NCBI GenBank assembly: GCA_016196885.1
Contig: JACPWU010000038.1
Span: 55,895-87,894, forward strand
Direction: 5' to 3'
Source of the DNA: Chlamydiota bacterium
GTDB taxonomy: Bacteria; Auribacterota; JACPWU01
Length of the DNA stretch: 32,000 nucleotides
The translations under genes and the position numbers were made by a program. Below are positions 1 through 8,360 of the stretch, piece by piece (the first letter of the stretch is position 1; each line of letters starts with the position of its first letter). Under the pieces are notes generated by a model that saw nothing but the letters and a program-made list of their open reading frames with translations, had not been told where the DNA came from and searched no databases.

Positions 1-529
1 GCGTGAGAAAGATTTGCCACAGGCTTATGAAGATCATCCCATTCCCATTGGAGAGGGGCAAACCACCTCTCAAACCTATATGGTAGCGGCCATGCTGGAG
101 CTCCTGGAACTCGAGGTTAATGAAAAGGTCTTAGAAATTGGAACAGGATCCGGATATGAATCGGCGTTGTTGTCTAGACTTGCTCGGGAAGTCTATACCA
201 TCGAGAGATTGAGGACTTTGTACGAAAGTGCACAAGACAAATTAAAAAAAATGGGGTATGTTAATATCCATTTTAAATGGGGGGATGGTTCTCTCGGTTG
301 GTCCGATAAATCTCCTTTTCAGGCGATTGTGATTGGGGCGGCAGCGCCTCAGATTCCTCCCGTTCTGATGAATCAATTAGATGAAGGGGGACGTTTGGTT
401 TTGCCTGTGGGCGATCGCAAAGAACAGATTTTGACGCGTGTGACCCGCGGGGGTGATGACTTTAAAATCGAAAAATTCATGACCTGTATTTTTGTCCCCC
501 TGATCGGGGAAGAAGGATGGAAAGAATAG
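1..529 (+). CDS. pcm: protein-L-isoaspartate O-methyltransferase; 5' end lies outside the window
   Basis: The frame of ORF 14..529 stays open to base 2. It has the PIGxGQTxSQ motif and the SAM-binding VLEIGTGSGY motif typical of PCMT. Stop TAG at 527-529. Confidence 0.9.
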   Translation, partial: REKDLPQAYEDHPIPIGEGQTTSQTYMVAAMLELLELEVNEKVLEIGTGSGYESALLSRLAREVYTIERLRTLYESAQDKLKKMGYVNIHFKWGDGSLGWSDKSPFQAIVIGAAAPQIPPVLMNQLDEGGRLVLPVGDRKEQILTRVTRGGDDFKIEKFMTCIFVPLIGEEGWKE

Positions 530-543
530 TTATAAAAAGAATA

Positions 544-610
544 GTTATAAGTTTTAAGTTCTAAGTTTTAAAGGAGTTTATTTTTTTACTTACAACTTAC
601 AACTTCTAAC
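544..610. repeat. heptad-arm hairpin (units ATAAGTT/TTAAGTT/CTAAGTT versus ACTTACA/ACTTACA/ACTTCTA)
   Basis: About 20 of 25 arm positions pair. The loop contains GTTTTAAAGGAGTTTATTTTTTTACT. Confidence 0.75.
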
Positions 611-618
611 CGCTTTCC

Positions 619-693
619 CGGGGTGTGGCTCAGCCTGGCTAGAGCGCTTGGTTCGGGACCAAGAGGCCGGCGGTTCAAATCCGCCCACCCCGA
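619..693 (+). tRNA. tRNA-Pro (anticodon CGG)
   Basis: 75-nt cloverleaf. Acceptor CGGGGTG/CACCCCG, D stem GCTC/GAGC, anticodon stem CTTGG/CCAAG with loop TTCGGGA, T stem GGCGG/CCGCC with loop TTCAAAT, discriminator A. CCA is not encoded. Confidence 0.93.
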
Positions 694-707
694 TGGTTTT
701 TAAAAAA

Positions 708-767
708 AAGGGTCAGGGGTCATCTATGAAAACGTCTTTTTTTCCTGACCCTTGACCCTTGACCCTT
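708..767. repeat. heptad-arm hairpin (AAGGGTCAGGGGTCA versus 3x TGACCCT)
   Basis: 15-bp stem with one G-U pair and a 23-nt loop. Lies directly after tRNA-Pro and abuts the antiporter start. Confidence 0.8.
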
Positions 768-2445
768 GGATGAAAACATGCATGGCCTTCTTACCAATAT
801 TGGAACGGCGTTAATTGCAGCAACCTTGATGGGCATTCTTGCCTTTCGACTGCGGCAGCCTGTCATTTTGGGTTACTTGATCGCGGGCGCTTTTGTGGGC
901 CCTGAAATGGGTTTGAAGCTTGTCAGTGATCCCCTCAACATTGAAATCATTTCAGAAATCGGTTTGATTCTTCTTCTTTTCATCATTGGTTTGGAACTCA
1001 ATCTTCAGAAGGTCATTGCTTCTGGAAGGCAATTGCTGGTGGTTGGCATCGGCCAATTTCTTTTTTGCGTGATTTTGGGACTTTTGATTTTTCCAATGCT
1101 AGGCCTGGGACTCAAGGGTGGAAATTTAGATGGCCTTTATCTTTCTCTTCTTTGTGCGTTGAGCAGCACGGCGATTGTGGTGAAGCTCCTCTATGATAAA
1201 TTTGAACTGGATACCTTGTCGGGTCGTCTCACCTTAGGAATTCTCGTGATTCAAGATTTATGGGCGATTTTAATTTTGGCTGTTCAGCCCAATTTTGCGA
1301 ATCCACGATGGAGCCTTTTGGCACTTGCGATTTTAAAGAGTGGGGGACTTCTCGCTGCGGGTTTTATTTTGAGCCGATTTTTTTTGAAGCCTATTTATGA
1401 ATGGGTGGCGAAATCTCCCGAGATGGTGGTGGCGACCTCCATGGGCTGGTGTGCCTTGGTTTCTTATGGGGCGGGGGCCTTGGGACTTTCCAAGGAAATG
1501 GGTGCCCTTATTGCAGGAATTTCCATTTCCAGTTTTCCTTACAGTATTCATGTGACCGCCAAAACATTGCCCCTTCGCGATTTCTTTCTCACTTTATTTT
1601 TCGTCTCTTTGGGAATGAAAATTGTTGTGCCTTCCATGACGATGATTCTAGCTAGCCTAGGACTCGTCGTGTTTGTGGTCCTTTCTCGCTTTCTCACAGT
1701 GTATCCTCTTCTGATGTTCTCGGGAGGAGGGCGCCGCACTGCTTTTATCACGAGCCTCAATGTGTCTCAAGTGAGTGAGTTTTCTCTGGTCATCGCCCTT
1801 TTGGGCGTCGGCTATGGGCATCTGGGTGAAAAATTAATGGCCGTGATGATTTACACCATGGCCTTTACGGCGGTCATTTCTTCTTATGCGATTAAATTTA
1901 GCCATGAGATTTATCAGATTTTTGATTTTGTGATTAGAAAATGCGGGTGGGTGAGGAAGGTGGATGTTCAAGAAAAAGTGGAAGAAGAGAAACATTACCC
2001 CGTTGTGATTTTGGGTTTTCATCGGGGGGCGCGGTCCTTGATCGAGATGGTTCAGGAGAAAAATCCTCATTTACTTTCAGAAATGCAGGTGATTGATTTT
2101 AACCCTGAGATTTTAAAGGAATTAAAGCGCATGAACATTGCGGCTCTTTTTGGAGATATCAGCAGCCTAGACACCTTGAAACATGCGCATTTGGAGCATG
2201 CCCAGGTTATTCTCTGCACGATTCCAGACATGCTTTTAAAAGGGGTGAATAATTTGAAGCTCGTGAAATTGTGCCGCTCCCTTGCCCCCCGTGCTATTCT
2301 GGTGGCCACGGCGGATTCCTCCGTCCAGGCTGAAAAATTGAAGGCGGCCGGGGCGAGCGAAGTTTTGCTTCCCTACGTGATGACGGGGAAGTTTTTGTCG
2401 TATTTTCTGGAGGAGAATTTGGCATCTTCTGAAAAGGGAAAATGA
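766..2445 (+). CDS. cation:proton antiporter (CPA2/Kef-like) with C-terminal RCK/TrkA-N-like domain
   Basis: Long polytopic hydrophobic N-terminal region with PVILGYLIAGAFVGP near the N-terminus. Soluble C-terminal about 150 aa starts with VVILGFHRGARSL (Rossmann-like). Start is TTG 766 or ATG 778. Confidence 0.8.
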   Translation: MDENMHGLLTNIGTALIAATLMGILAFRLRQPVILGYLIAGAFVGPEMGLKLVSDPLNIEIISEIGLILLLFIIGLELNLQKVIASGRQLLVVGIGQFLFCVILGLLIFPMLGLGLKGGNLDGLYLSLLCALSSTAIVVKLLYDKFELDTLSGRLTLGILVIQDLWAILILAVQPNFANPRWSLLALAILKSGGLLAAGFILSRFFLKPIYEWVAKSPEMVVATSMGWCALVSYGAGALGLSKEMGALIAGISISSFPYSIHVTAKTLPLRDFFLTLFFVSLGMKIVVPSMTMILASLGLVVFVVLSRFLTVYPLLMFSGGGRRTAFITSLNVSQVSEFSLVIALLGVGYGHLGEKLMAVMIYTMAFTAVISSYAIKFSHEIYQIFDFVIRKCGWVRKVDVQEKVEEEKHYPVVILGFHRGARSLIEMVQEKNPHLLSEMQVIDFNPEILKELKRMNIAALFGDISSLDTLKHAHLEHAQVILCTIPDMLLKGVNNLKLVKLCRSLAPRAILVATADSSVQAEKLKAAGASEVLLPYVMTGKFLSYFLEENLASSEKGK

Positions 2446-3299
2446 AAATGGAAGCAGATTTTTACAAATACCATGCATTGGGAAATGATTATATTGTCAT
2501 GGATTCCAACAAGACAAAGATCAAGCTCACTTCCAAAAATATTAAGCTCATCTGCGATCGAAATTTTGGGGTGGGCTCAGACGGAATTCTCTATGGACCT
2601 GTTCTTGAAAAAGGCAGGATTTCTTTAAGAATTTTTAATCCAGATGGAAGCGAGGCAGAAAAAAGTGGAAATGGAATCCGTATTTTTTCTCGGTTCTTGA
2701 TGGAGGCGGGGTATGTCCATGCAAAGAATTTTTCTTTACAAATCTTAGGGGGTCTTGTCGAGGTTGAGATTTTGAATGATGTGGGATCACTGATTAAAGT
2801 AAACATGGGGAAAGTCACTTTTCAAAGCGATCTCATTCGTGTGAAGGGGCCCGTTCGGGAAGTGGTCGAAGAGGAATTAAAGGTGGGGGATCACGCTTAT
2901 CGTATGACGTGTCTTTCGATCGGCAATCCCCATTGCGTGATTCTAATGAAAGAAATTTCAAAAAAAATGGCGATGGAATTAGGCCCTCTCGTCGAGCATC
3001 ATTCTCTTTTTCCAAATCGCATCAACCTGCAGCTTTTGAAAGTGCTGGATCGGAAAAATATTCAAATTGAGATTTGGGAGCGCGGGGCCGGTTATACCTT
3101 GGCTTCCGGCTCCAGCAGTTGTGCGGCTGCCAGTGCAGCCTACAAATTGGGGCTTGTAGATACAGATTTAAAAGTTCACATGCCGGGCGGGGTGATTGAA
3201 ATTGAAATTGAAAAAAATGGGCATGTGCATATGACGGGTGTTGTGAGCTCTGTAGCTCAAGGTGAATTTTCAGAGGAATTTCGTAAGAAATTAATGTGA
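2442..3299 (+). CDS. dapF: diaminopimelate epimerase
   Basis: YHALGNDYIV, SIGNPHCV and ERGAGYTLASGSSSCAAA motifs, with both catalytic Cys contexts. ATGA overlap with the upstream stop. Confidence 0.9.
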   Translation: MKMEADFYKYHALGNDYIVMDSNKTKIKLTSKNIKLICDRNFGVGSDGILYGPVLEKGRISLRIFNPDGSEAEKSGNGIRIFSRFLMEAGYVHAKNFSLQILGGLVEVEILNDVGSLIKVNMGKVTFQSDLIRVKGPVREVVEEELKVGDHAYRMTCLSIGNPHCVILMKEISKKMAMELGPLVEHHSLFPNRINLQLLKVLDRKNIQIEIWERGAGYTLASGSSSCAAASAAYKLGLVDTDLKVHMPGGVIEIEIEKNGHVHMTGVVSSVAQGEFSEEFRKKLM

Positions 3300-3300
3300 A

Positions 3301-5136
3301 ATGGTTAAAACATCCACCCAAACTTTAAAGAATTTTAACTATCGCTGGGCTTGGCAATTTAAATCAAGTCCAGAAGAGCTTTGGCCTTTGGTTTCAGACA
3401 CCAATCGCTTCAATTTTGAAATGGGGATGCCGCCTCTTTCTAAAACTGCCTCCAATGGCAAAAGGGTTTTGAGTTTCTCTCGGTTGGGAATCAAGATGAC
3501 ATGGGAGGAAATTCCTTTTGAATGGGTTCGTCCCTACCGGTTTGGGGTGATTCGGCGGTATTGCGAAGGGCCATTGGAAGAAATGAGAATTCACATAGAG
3601 CTCCTCCCCCTTTCCAACTCTCAAGGGACAGAGATGGTCTGCCAAATTGGATTAAGTCCCAAAAGGAAAGTTCGATGGATGCTGCTGTTTCTTCCCATCG
3701 AGCAAAGAATGGGGAAGTCCTTCGAAAAAATTTTTAGAGGATATGATGTCCTTTTGATCCAGGAAAATCTTTCGTCTTCGGGTTCCACTCAAAAACCCAA
3801 ACGGGTGAAGGGGTCAGAAAAACGGCTGAACTTTTTAAAAGAAAATTTGCTGAAGGAAAATGTCTCGGCGGATTTAGTAAACCAGTTGATTAAACTGGTT
3901 GAATGGGGGGATGATTTGACGGTCCGTCGGATGAGGCCCTATGTTTTTGCAGATCATTGGCATGTTTCGAGAAAGACCGTGTTAGAGCTGTTTCTTTTGG
4001 CGACCCGGACGGGGCTTTTGGAAATGAGTTGGGATTTGCTGTGCCCGATGTGCCGAGGTTCTTCCGAAAGCCATTCTCATCTGGATGAAATCAAGACCCA
4101 TTCGCATTGCGACGGGTGTAACATGGATTTTACGATTAACTTTGACCGCCTGGTCGAATTGACATTTAAGCCGAATCCCTCGATTCGTCAGGCCGAGGGA
4201 AAATTATTTTGTTTGGGGGGACCCCAGATGACACCGCATGTGATGCTTCAGCAATCTCTTTTGCCGGGTGAAAAGCGCTCTGTCCAGGCGATGCTTGAAA
4301 AGGGGCGCTATCGGCTGAGAACGTGCAGTGTGCCCGGGGCCCAGTATTTGAACGTGGAGAAAGAGGGTGCTTCGGAAATTTTCTTCACTGCAAATTCACG
4401 CGGCTGGTCTGAGAAAGAACTGTCTTTAACCAGAGAGGCCAAAATATCACTCGAAAATCAAACCGACCGTCCTCAAACTTTTTTTCTGGAGCGGACAAAA
4501 TGGTCGGATCAGGCTGCGACAGCAGCCGAGGTGATCGCCCTTCAAAGGTTTAGGGATCTTTTTTCTGAAGAGGTTTTACGCCCCGGAGAACACGTCTCGG
4601 TCGGAAGCATCAGTATTCTTTTTACGGATTTGAAAGGTTCCACGCGTCTTTATCGAGAGGTAGGGGATGCCCCGGCCTTTGGTTTGGTCATGAATCATTT
4701 TGATGTTCTCAAAGAGGCCATCTTGGCTGAGGATGGAGCGATTGTGAAAACGATTGGAGATGCGGTGATGGCTGTTTTTAAACAGCCTTTGGGTGCCTTG
4801 AAGGCTGCGTTTGAAGCTGAAAAAAAATTGGCGTCGCCTCCCACGGGAACAAAGCCCTTGTTTTTAAAAGTGGGCCTTCATTATGGTCATGCGATTGCGA
4901 TTAATTTAAACGAGCGCTTGGATTATTTTGGCTCGACGGTGAATTTGGCCGCTCGTCTTGGAGCGCTTTCCAAGGGGCAGGATGTGATTGTTTCAGATAG
5001 CATTTATCGTGATCCCGAGGTTTCAGAATGGATTCGTTCCGAGCCTCACCTTCAGGTAGAGTCAGTCAAAGCCCTTCTCAAAGGCTTTGAAGAAGAGCAT
5101 TTTGACCTCTGGAGGGTTGCTGTAAAAAAGTCTTAA
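3301..5136 (+). CDS. adenylate/guanylate cyclase domain protein (class III) with long N-terminal sensory-like region
   Basis: C-terminal ILFTDLKGST, VKTIGDAVMAVF and GSTVNLAARL motifs of class III cyclases. The N-terminal about 420 aa includes a Cys cluster, CPMC...HCDGC. Confidence 0.85.
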   Translation: MVKTSTQTLKNFNYRWAWQFKSSPEELWPLVSDTNRFNFEMGMPPLSKTASNGKRVLSFSRLGIKMTWEEIPFEWVRPYRFGVIRRYCEGPLEEMRIHIELLPLSNSQGTEMVCQIGLSPKRKVRWMLLFLPIEQRMGKSFEKIFRGYDVLLIQENLSSSGSTQKPKRVKGSEKRLNFLKENLLKENVSADLVNQLIKLVEWGDDLTVRRMRPYVFADHWHVSRKTVLELFLLATRTGLLEMSWDLLCPMCRGSSESHSHLDEIKTHSHCDGCNMDFTINFDRLVELTFKPNPSIRQAEGKLFCLGGPQMTPHVMLQQSLLPGEKRSVQAMLEKGRYRLRTCSVPGAQYLNVEKEGASEIFFTANSRGWSEKELSLTREAKISLENQTDRPQTFFLERTKWSDQAATAAEVIALQRFRDLFSEEVLRPGEHVSVGSISILFTDLKGSTRLYREVGDAPAFGLVMNHFDVLKEAILAEDGAIVKTIGDAVMAVFKQPLGALKAAFEAEKKLASPPTGTKPLFLKVGLHYGHAIAINLNERLDYFGSTVNLAARLGALSKGQDVIVSDSIYRDPEVSEWIRSEPHLQVESVKALLKGFEEEHFDLWRVAVKKS

Positions 5137-5249
5137 TCCATTTTAGTAGAAGTAGTTGTGTCATTCGTCTTTTCACTTTTTTTATTCTCCCCTTTTCTTC
5201 CTTTGGCAAACACCTGAATAAATTGTAGAATCGGCCCCTGATGAAGTTC

Positions 5250-5303
5250 CGTGCTTCGTACAGCGGTGTTCTTTTCGAAGTACGATGTACGAAGTTCGAT
5301 GTT
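5250..5303. repeat. heptad-periodic tract (CGTGCTT CGTACAG CGGTGTT ... CGAAGTA CGATGTA CGAAGTT CGATGTT), only weakly self-complementary
   Basis: 7-nt spacing of CG. CTTCGTAC 5254-5261 pairs with GTACGAAG 5287-5294. Confidence 0.5.
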
Positions 5304-5338
5304 TTGTGTTCTGGTACTTAATAAAAGGAGGGTTTCAT

Positions 5339-5818
5339 ATGGTCGGGGAATCTTTAAGGGTGGGTGCCTTGGCGCCGGAGTTTTCTTTGTTGGATCAAGA
5401 TGAAAAGAAGGTGAGCCTGAAAGATTTTAAAGGCAAATGGGTGATTCTCTATTTTTATCCCAAGGACAATACGCCGGGCTGTACGCGGGAGGCGATTGGT
5501 TTTACAGAGGACCTCGGAGTTTTTAAAAAACTCAGCGCTGTGATTTTAGGGGTAAGCCCGGATTCTTCGCAAAGCCATTGCAATTTTATTGAATCTCAAA
5601 AGTTGAAAATTACGCTTTTGAGTGATCCCGAGCACGGTGTTTTGGAGGAATATGGCGCTTGGGGATTGAAGAAAAATTATGGCAAGGAATATTGGGGTGT
5701 GATTCGGAGCACTTTTTTAATAGATCCCAAAGGAAATCTTGCCTTCGTATGGCCGAATGTAAAAGTAGACGGGCATGTGGAGAAGGTGTTGGAGAAGTTG
5801 AAGGAATTGGGAAAGTAG
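5339..5818 (+). CDS. bcp: thioredoxin-dependent peroxiredoxin (Bcp type)
   Basis: FYPKDNTPGCTREA peroxidatic Cys motif. ATG 5339 is preceded by AAGGAGG. The track ORF start at 5285 runs through a repeat tract. Confidence 0.9.
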   Translation: MVGESLRVGALAPEFSLLDQDEKKVSLKDFKGKWVILYFYPKDNTPGCTREAIGFTEDLGVFKKLSAVILGVSPDSSQSHCNFIESQKLKITLLSDPEHGVLEEYGAWGLKKNYGKEYWGVIRSTFLIDPKGNLAFVWPNVKVDGHVEKVLEKLKELGK

Positions 5819-5886
5819 GGTCAAGGGTCAAGAGAAAGATAAATACCTTTAAACTCTTGACCCATGACCCCTGCAGCTTGACCCTT
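5818..5886. repeat. heptad-arm hairpin (GGGTCAA GGGTCAA GAG versus CTCTTGACC CATGACC ...)
   Basis: Stem 5818-5834 / 5854-5871. Loop AAAGATAAATACCTTTAAA. Same unit family as 708-767. Confidence 0.8.
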
Positions 5887-5942
5887 CTTTAGGTGGATCA
5901 TTCGCCCATATGTGATTTCATGATAGAGCGAGGGAGTTAAAG

Positions 5943-6221
5943 ATGTCGCTTCGTCAAGTTCATGCTTATTTTTCGGGGTGTGTGCAGGGGGTGGGGTTTC
6001 GTTTTACAACGGAGCGGATTGCTGAAAGTTATCCAGTCACGGGCTTCGTTCGGAATGTGTCGGATGGGCGGGTAGAATTGGTGGGGGAAGGCGAAGAAAA
6101 GGAGTTAGAGGCCTTTTTGCAAAAGATTCGCAAAAGCTTTTTGGCCCAGTACATCCATGGGGTTGAGGTGCAGTGGTTTGAACCGACAGGACATTTTCAG
6201 AATTTTAGTGTGGGTTTCTAA
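5943..6221 (+). CDS. acyP: acylphosphatase
   Basis: 92 aa with the VQGVGFRF and GFVRNxxDGRVE signature. Confidence 0.88.
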   Translation: MSLRQVHAYFSGCVQGVGFRFTTERIAESYPVTGFVRNVSDGRVELVGEGEEKELEAFLQKIRKSFLAQYIHGVEVQWFEPTGHFQNFSVGF

Positions 6222-6224
6222 ATT

Positions 6225-6950
6225 GTGCTTTATGCGGTGATTTCTGACATTCATTCAAATTTAGAGGCTTTGGAGGCGGTGCTCGCGGATGCCCGTCTTC
6301 AAGGCGCCGAGGGCTATTTGTGTTTGGGAGATATTGTAGGCTACGCCTCGGAGCCTGAGGGCTGTGTTAAACGGGTCCGGAGTTTGGGCGCTTTAGCGGT
6401 TGCCGGAAATCACGATATTGCGACTTGCGGAAAGTTAGACTTGGAAAATTTTACTCCCTATGCGAAGGCTGCGCTTCAGTGGACGATTCCTCGGGTGAGT
6501 GAAGAGGGAAAATTTTTCTTGGCGAGTTTGCCTTTGGTGATTCGCAAAGACGATTTTTGTCTGGTGCATGCCTCTTTGGATGAACCTCAAAAATGGAAAT
6601 ATATTTTTAATTTGGAAGATGCTCTTCCCAGCCTTAAGCTTTTGAAGGAAAAATTACTTTTCGTCGGTCATGCGCATCGGAACAATGTTTTTTCGTATCG
6701 TGACGGTGAGGCCCAGGAGTTGGGAGCGCAGGATTTGGCATTTTCATCAGACTGTGAATATTTGATCAGTGTGGGGAGTGTGGGACAGTCGCGGGACCGG
6801 GACCCAAGGGCTTCCTATTGTTTGTATGATTCGGCGAAGAAGGAATTGCGTTTTAGAAGGGTGGAGTACGATTTTCGCATCACACAAGAAAAGATTCTAA
6901 AGGTAGGGCTACCGCCCTTTTTGGCTTTGAGATTGGAGTTGGGCAGATAA
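6225..6950 (+). CDS. metallophosphoesterase family protein (YfcE/MJ0936-like)
   Basis: SDIHSN, GDIVGY, GNHD and GHAH metal-binding motifs. GTG start. Confidence 0.85.
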   Translation: MLYAVISDIHSNLEALEAVLADARLQGAEGYLCLGDIVGYASEPEGCVKRVRSLGALAVAGNHDIATCGKLDLENFTPYAKAALQWTIPRVSEEGKFFLASLPLVIRKDDFCLVHASLDEPQKWKYIFNLEDALPSLKLLKEKLLFVGHAHRNNVFSYRDGEAQELGAQDLAFSSDCEYLISVGSVGQSRDRDPRASYCLYDSAKKELRFRRVEYDFRITQEKILKVGLPPFLALRLELGR

Positions 6951-6986
6951 TTTATATGTAGAGTTTTCCCAAAATTTATGGAAATT

Positions 6987-7176
6987 GGGTCCTGCCCCTC
7001 CTCACCCAGCAAAGGAGGCCCGCTGCCTGTGGCAGAAAAAGGGCCGACTGCGGTAGTAGATGTTTTTTTACCTTATAGTGAGACGGCATCGGCGTCGGTA
7101 AAGCATTGGATGAGGCTTTTTGAGTTTTAGGCGACGCCTGCTGGCGTTCGATGGGGGACCCCCAGTCGGGTCACCC
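6987..7176. repeat. modular GC-rich intergenic repeat, copy A
   Basis: Shares blocks with 11528-11672: a 5' block at 16/18 identity, AGCATTGGA, and a 41-nt 3' block at 35/41 identity. Ends 24 nt before the VanZ ATG. Confidence 0.75.
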
Positions 7177-7200
7177 AATTTCCGATTTAGAGGAAGACAC

Positions 7201-7566
7201 ATGAAAAAATGGATCAGACGCTTTTCAGTCTTAGCCTATTGTTCTCTTATTTTTTATTTGTCCTCTCGTCCCTTTCCAAAAGGGTTGCCTAGTTTTCAAG
7301 GGATGGACAAGGGGATGCATTTTTTTGAGTATGGTTTTTTGGCATTTTTAATGTATCGGATGGTTTCGGTTGAAAAATTTTCTTTGTTCAGGACGTGTCC
7401 TGTCATGATGAGTTGGATTTTGACCGTTTTATATGGGATTTCAGATGAGATTCACCAGCATTTTATCCCGACTCGCTCGATGGAATTTTTGGATTGGGTG
7501 ATGGATACGATGGGAGCCCTTTTTGTGCTCCAAATCTTGAAGTGGAGGAAGAGGGAAGAAACATGA
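7201..7566 (+). CDS. VanZ family membrane protein
   Basis: Small 4-TM protein containing GISDEIHQHFIPxR, typical of VanZ-like proteins. ATG 7201 follows AGAGGAAG. The track ORF start at 7120 reads through a repeat. Confidence 0.75.
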   Translation: MKKWIRRFSVLAYCSLIFYLSSRPFPKGLPSFQGMDKGMHFFEYGFLAFLMYRMVSVEKFSLFRTCPVMMSWILTVLYGISDEIHQHFIPTRSMEFLDWVMDTMGALFVLQILKWRKREET

Positions 7567-8348
7567 GGATGTGGGCGATTCAAAAGAGCTTGCGTTGGTT
7601 GAATGGGATTCTTTGGGTAGCGATGGTTGGGATTCTTTTTTATGCCATCAGACCCTTTTTCTTGCCTTCGCAAAAAATGGCTCAAGAAATGGATCGGCCC
7701 ATGGATCCGATCAGTCGAGGAGATAAGCCCCCTGAAACCTCTTTCGATTTTCCGAGTCCGATTTTAGGGACAGGAGTGAATCATGAGGAATCAGGGTTTC
7801 GTTTTTGTGGGGTTGCGGGCCTGGAAAATCACTTTTTTGCCTTGATCGAATATCAGAATCACCAGATGTTGGTTCAAGAAGGGGATCGGGTGGGAGATTG
7901 GACGATCCAAAAAATTCTTTCTGAAGAAGTGGTCTTACAGGACACGAGCGCTCACTTGATTCATTTATCTTTGTCGCAGGAGGGGGCTTCTCATGTCGCA
8001 GATAAACTTGCGGGGGTGAATGGCTCAGAGCGAAGTTTACATCGTCAAACCCTGGAAAATATCGTTTCTCATTGGGGAGAAATTTTAAGAGAGGTGAAGA
8101 TCATGCCCTTTGTCGAAAAGGGCCAAACCCAAGGATTCTTGCTCCTCAATATTCGCTCCGATAGTCTTCTTCAACAGTTGGGTTTTCATACGGGTGATGT
8201 GGTTCAAAAAATCAATGGGCAAGATGTGACGAATTTAGAATCATTGCTTGCCTTGTCTCACCCCTTGGATGGAGAGCAATGGGTGATTGATGTGAGGCGA
8301 GGGCCGAAAAATATGCAGTTGGTTTATAGGGTAGAAGAGGGGAGATAA
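7563..8348 (+). CDS. type II secretion system protein C-like (N-terminal TM, HR-like region, C-terminal PDZ)
   Basis: A single N-terminal TM helix. PDZ-like GFLLLNIRSDSLLQQLGFHTGDVVQKINGQDV. Sits directly upstream of the secretin. ATGA overlap with the VanZ stop. Confidence 0.65.
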   Translation: MRMWAIQKSLRWLNGILWVAMVGILFYAIRPFFLPSQKMAQEMDRPMDPISRGDKPPETSFDFPSPILGTGVNHEESGFRFCGVAGLENHFFALIEYQNHQMLVQEGDRVGDWTIQKILSEEVVLQDTSAHLIHLSLSQEGASHVADKLAGVNGSERSLHRQTLENIVSHWGEILREVKIMPFVEKGQTQGFLLLNIRSDSLLQQLGFHTGDVVQKINGQDVTNLESLLALSHPLDGEQWVIDVRRGPKNMQLVYRVEEGR

Positions 8349-8360
8349 GGGGAGAAAGTT

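Noticed and set aside
619-767. tRNA-Pro as an integration hotspot or genomic island border
   Set aside because: No integrase, no direct repeat of the tRNA 3' end and no accessory genes follow. The next genes are an antiporter and dapF.
5285-5338. N-terminal extensions offered by the ORF track (5285, 7120, 7494, 12141, 26440, 28150, 29780, 30978)
   Set aside because: In each case the extension reads through a repeat or hairpin or overlaps the upstream gene. An internal ATG or GTG with a proper SD matches the expected family N-terminus.
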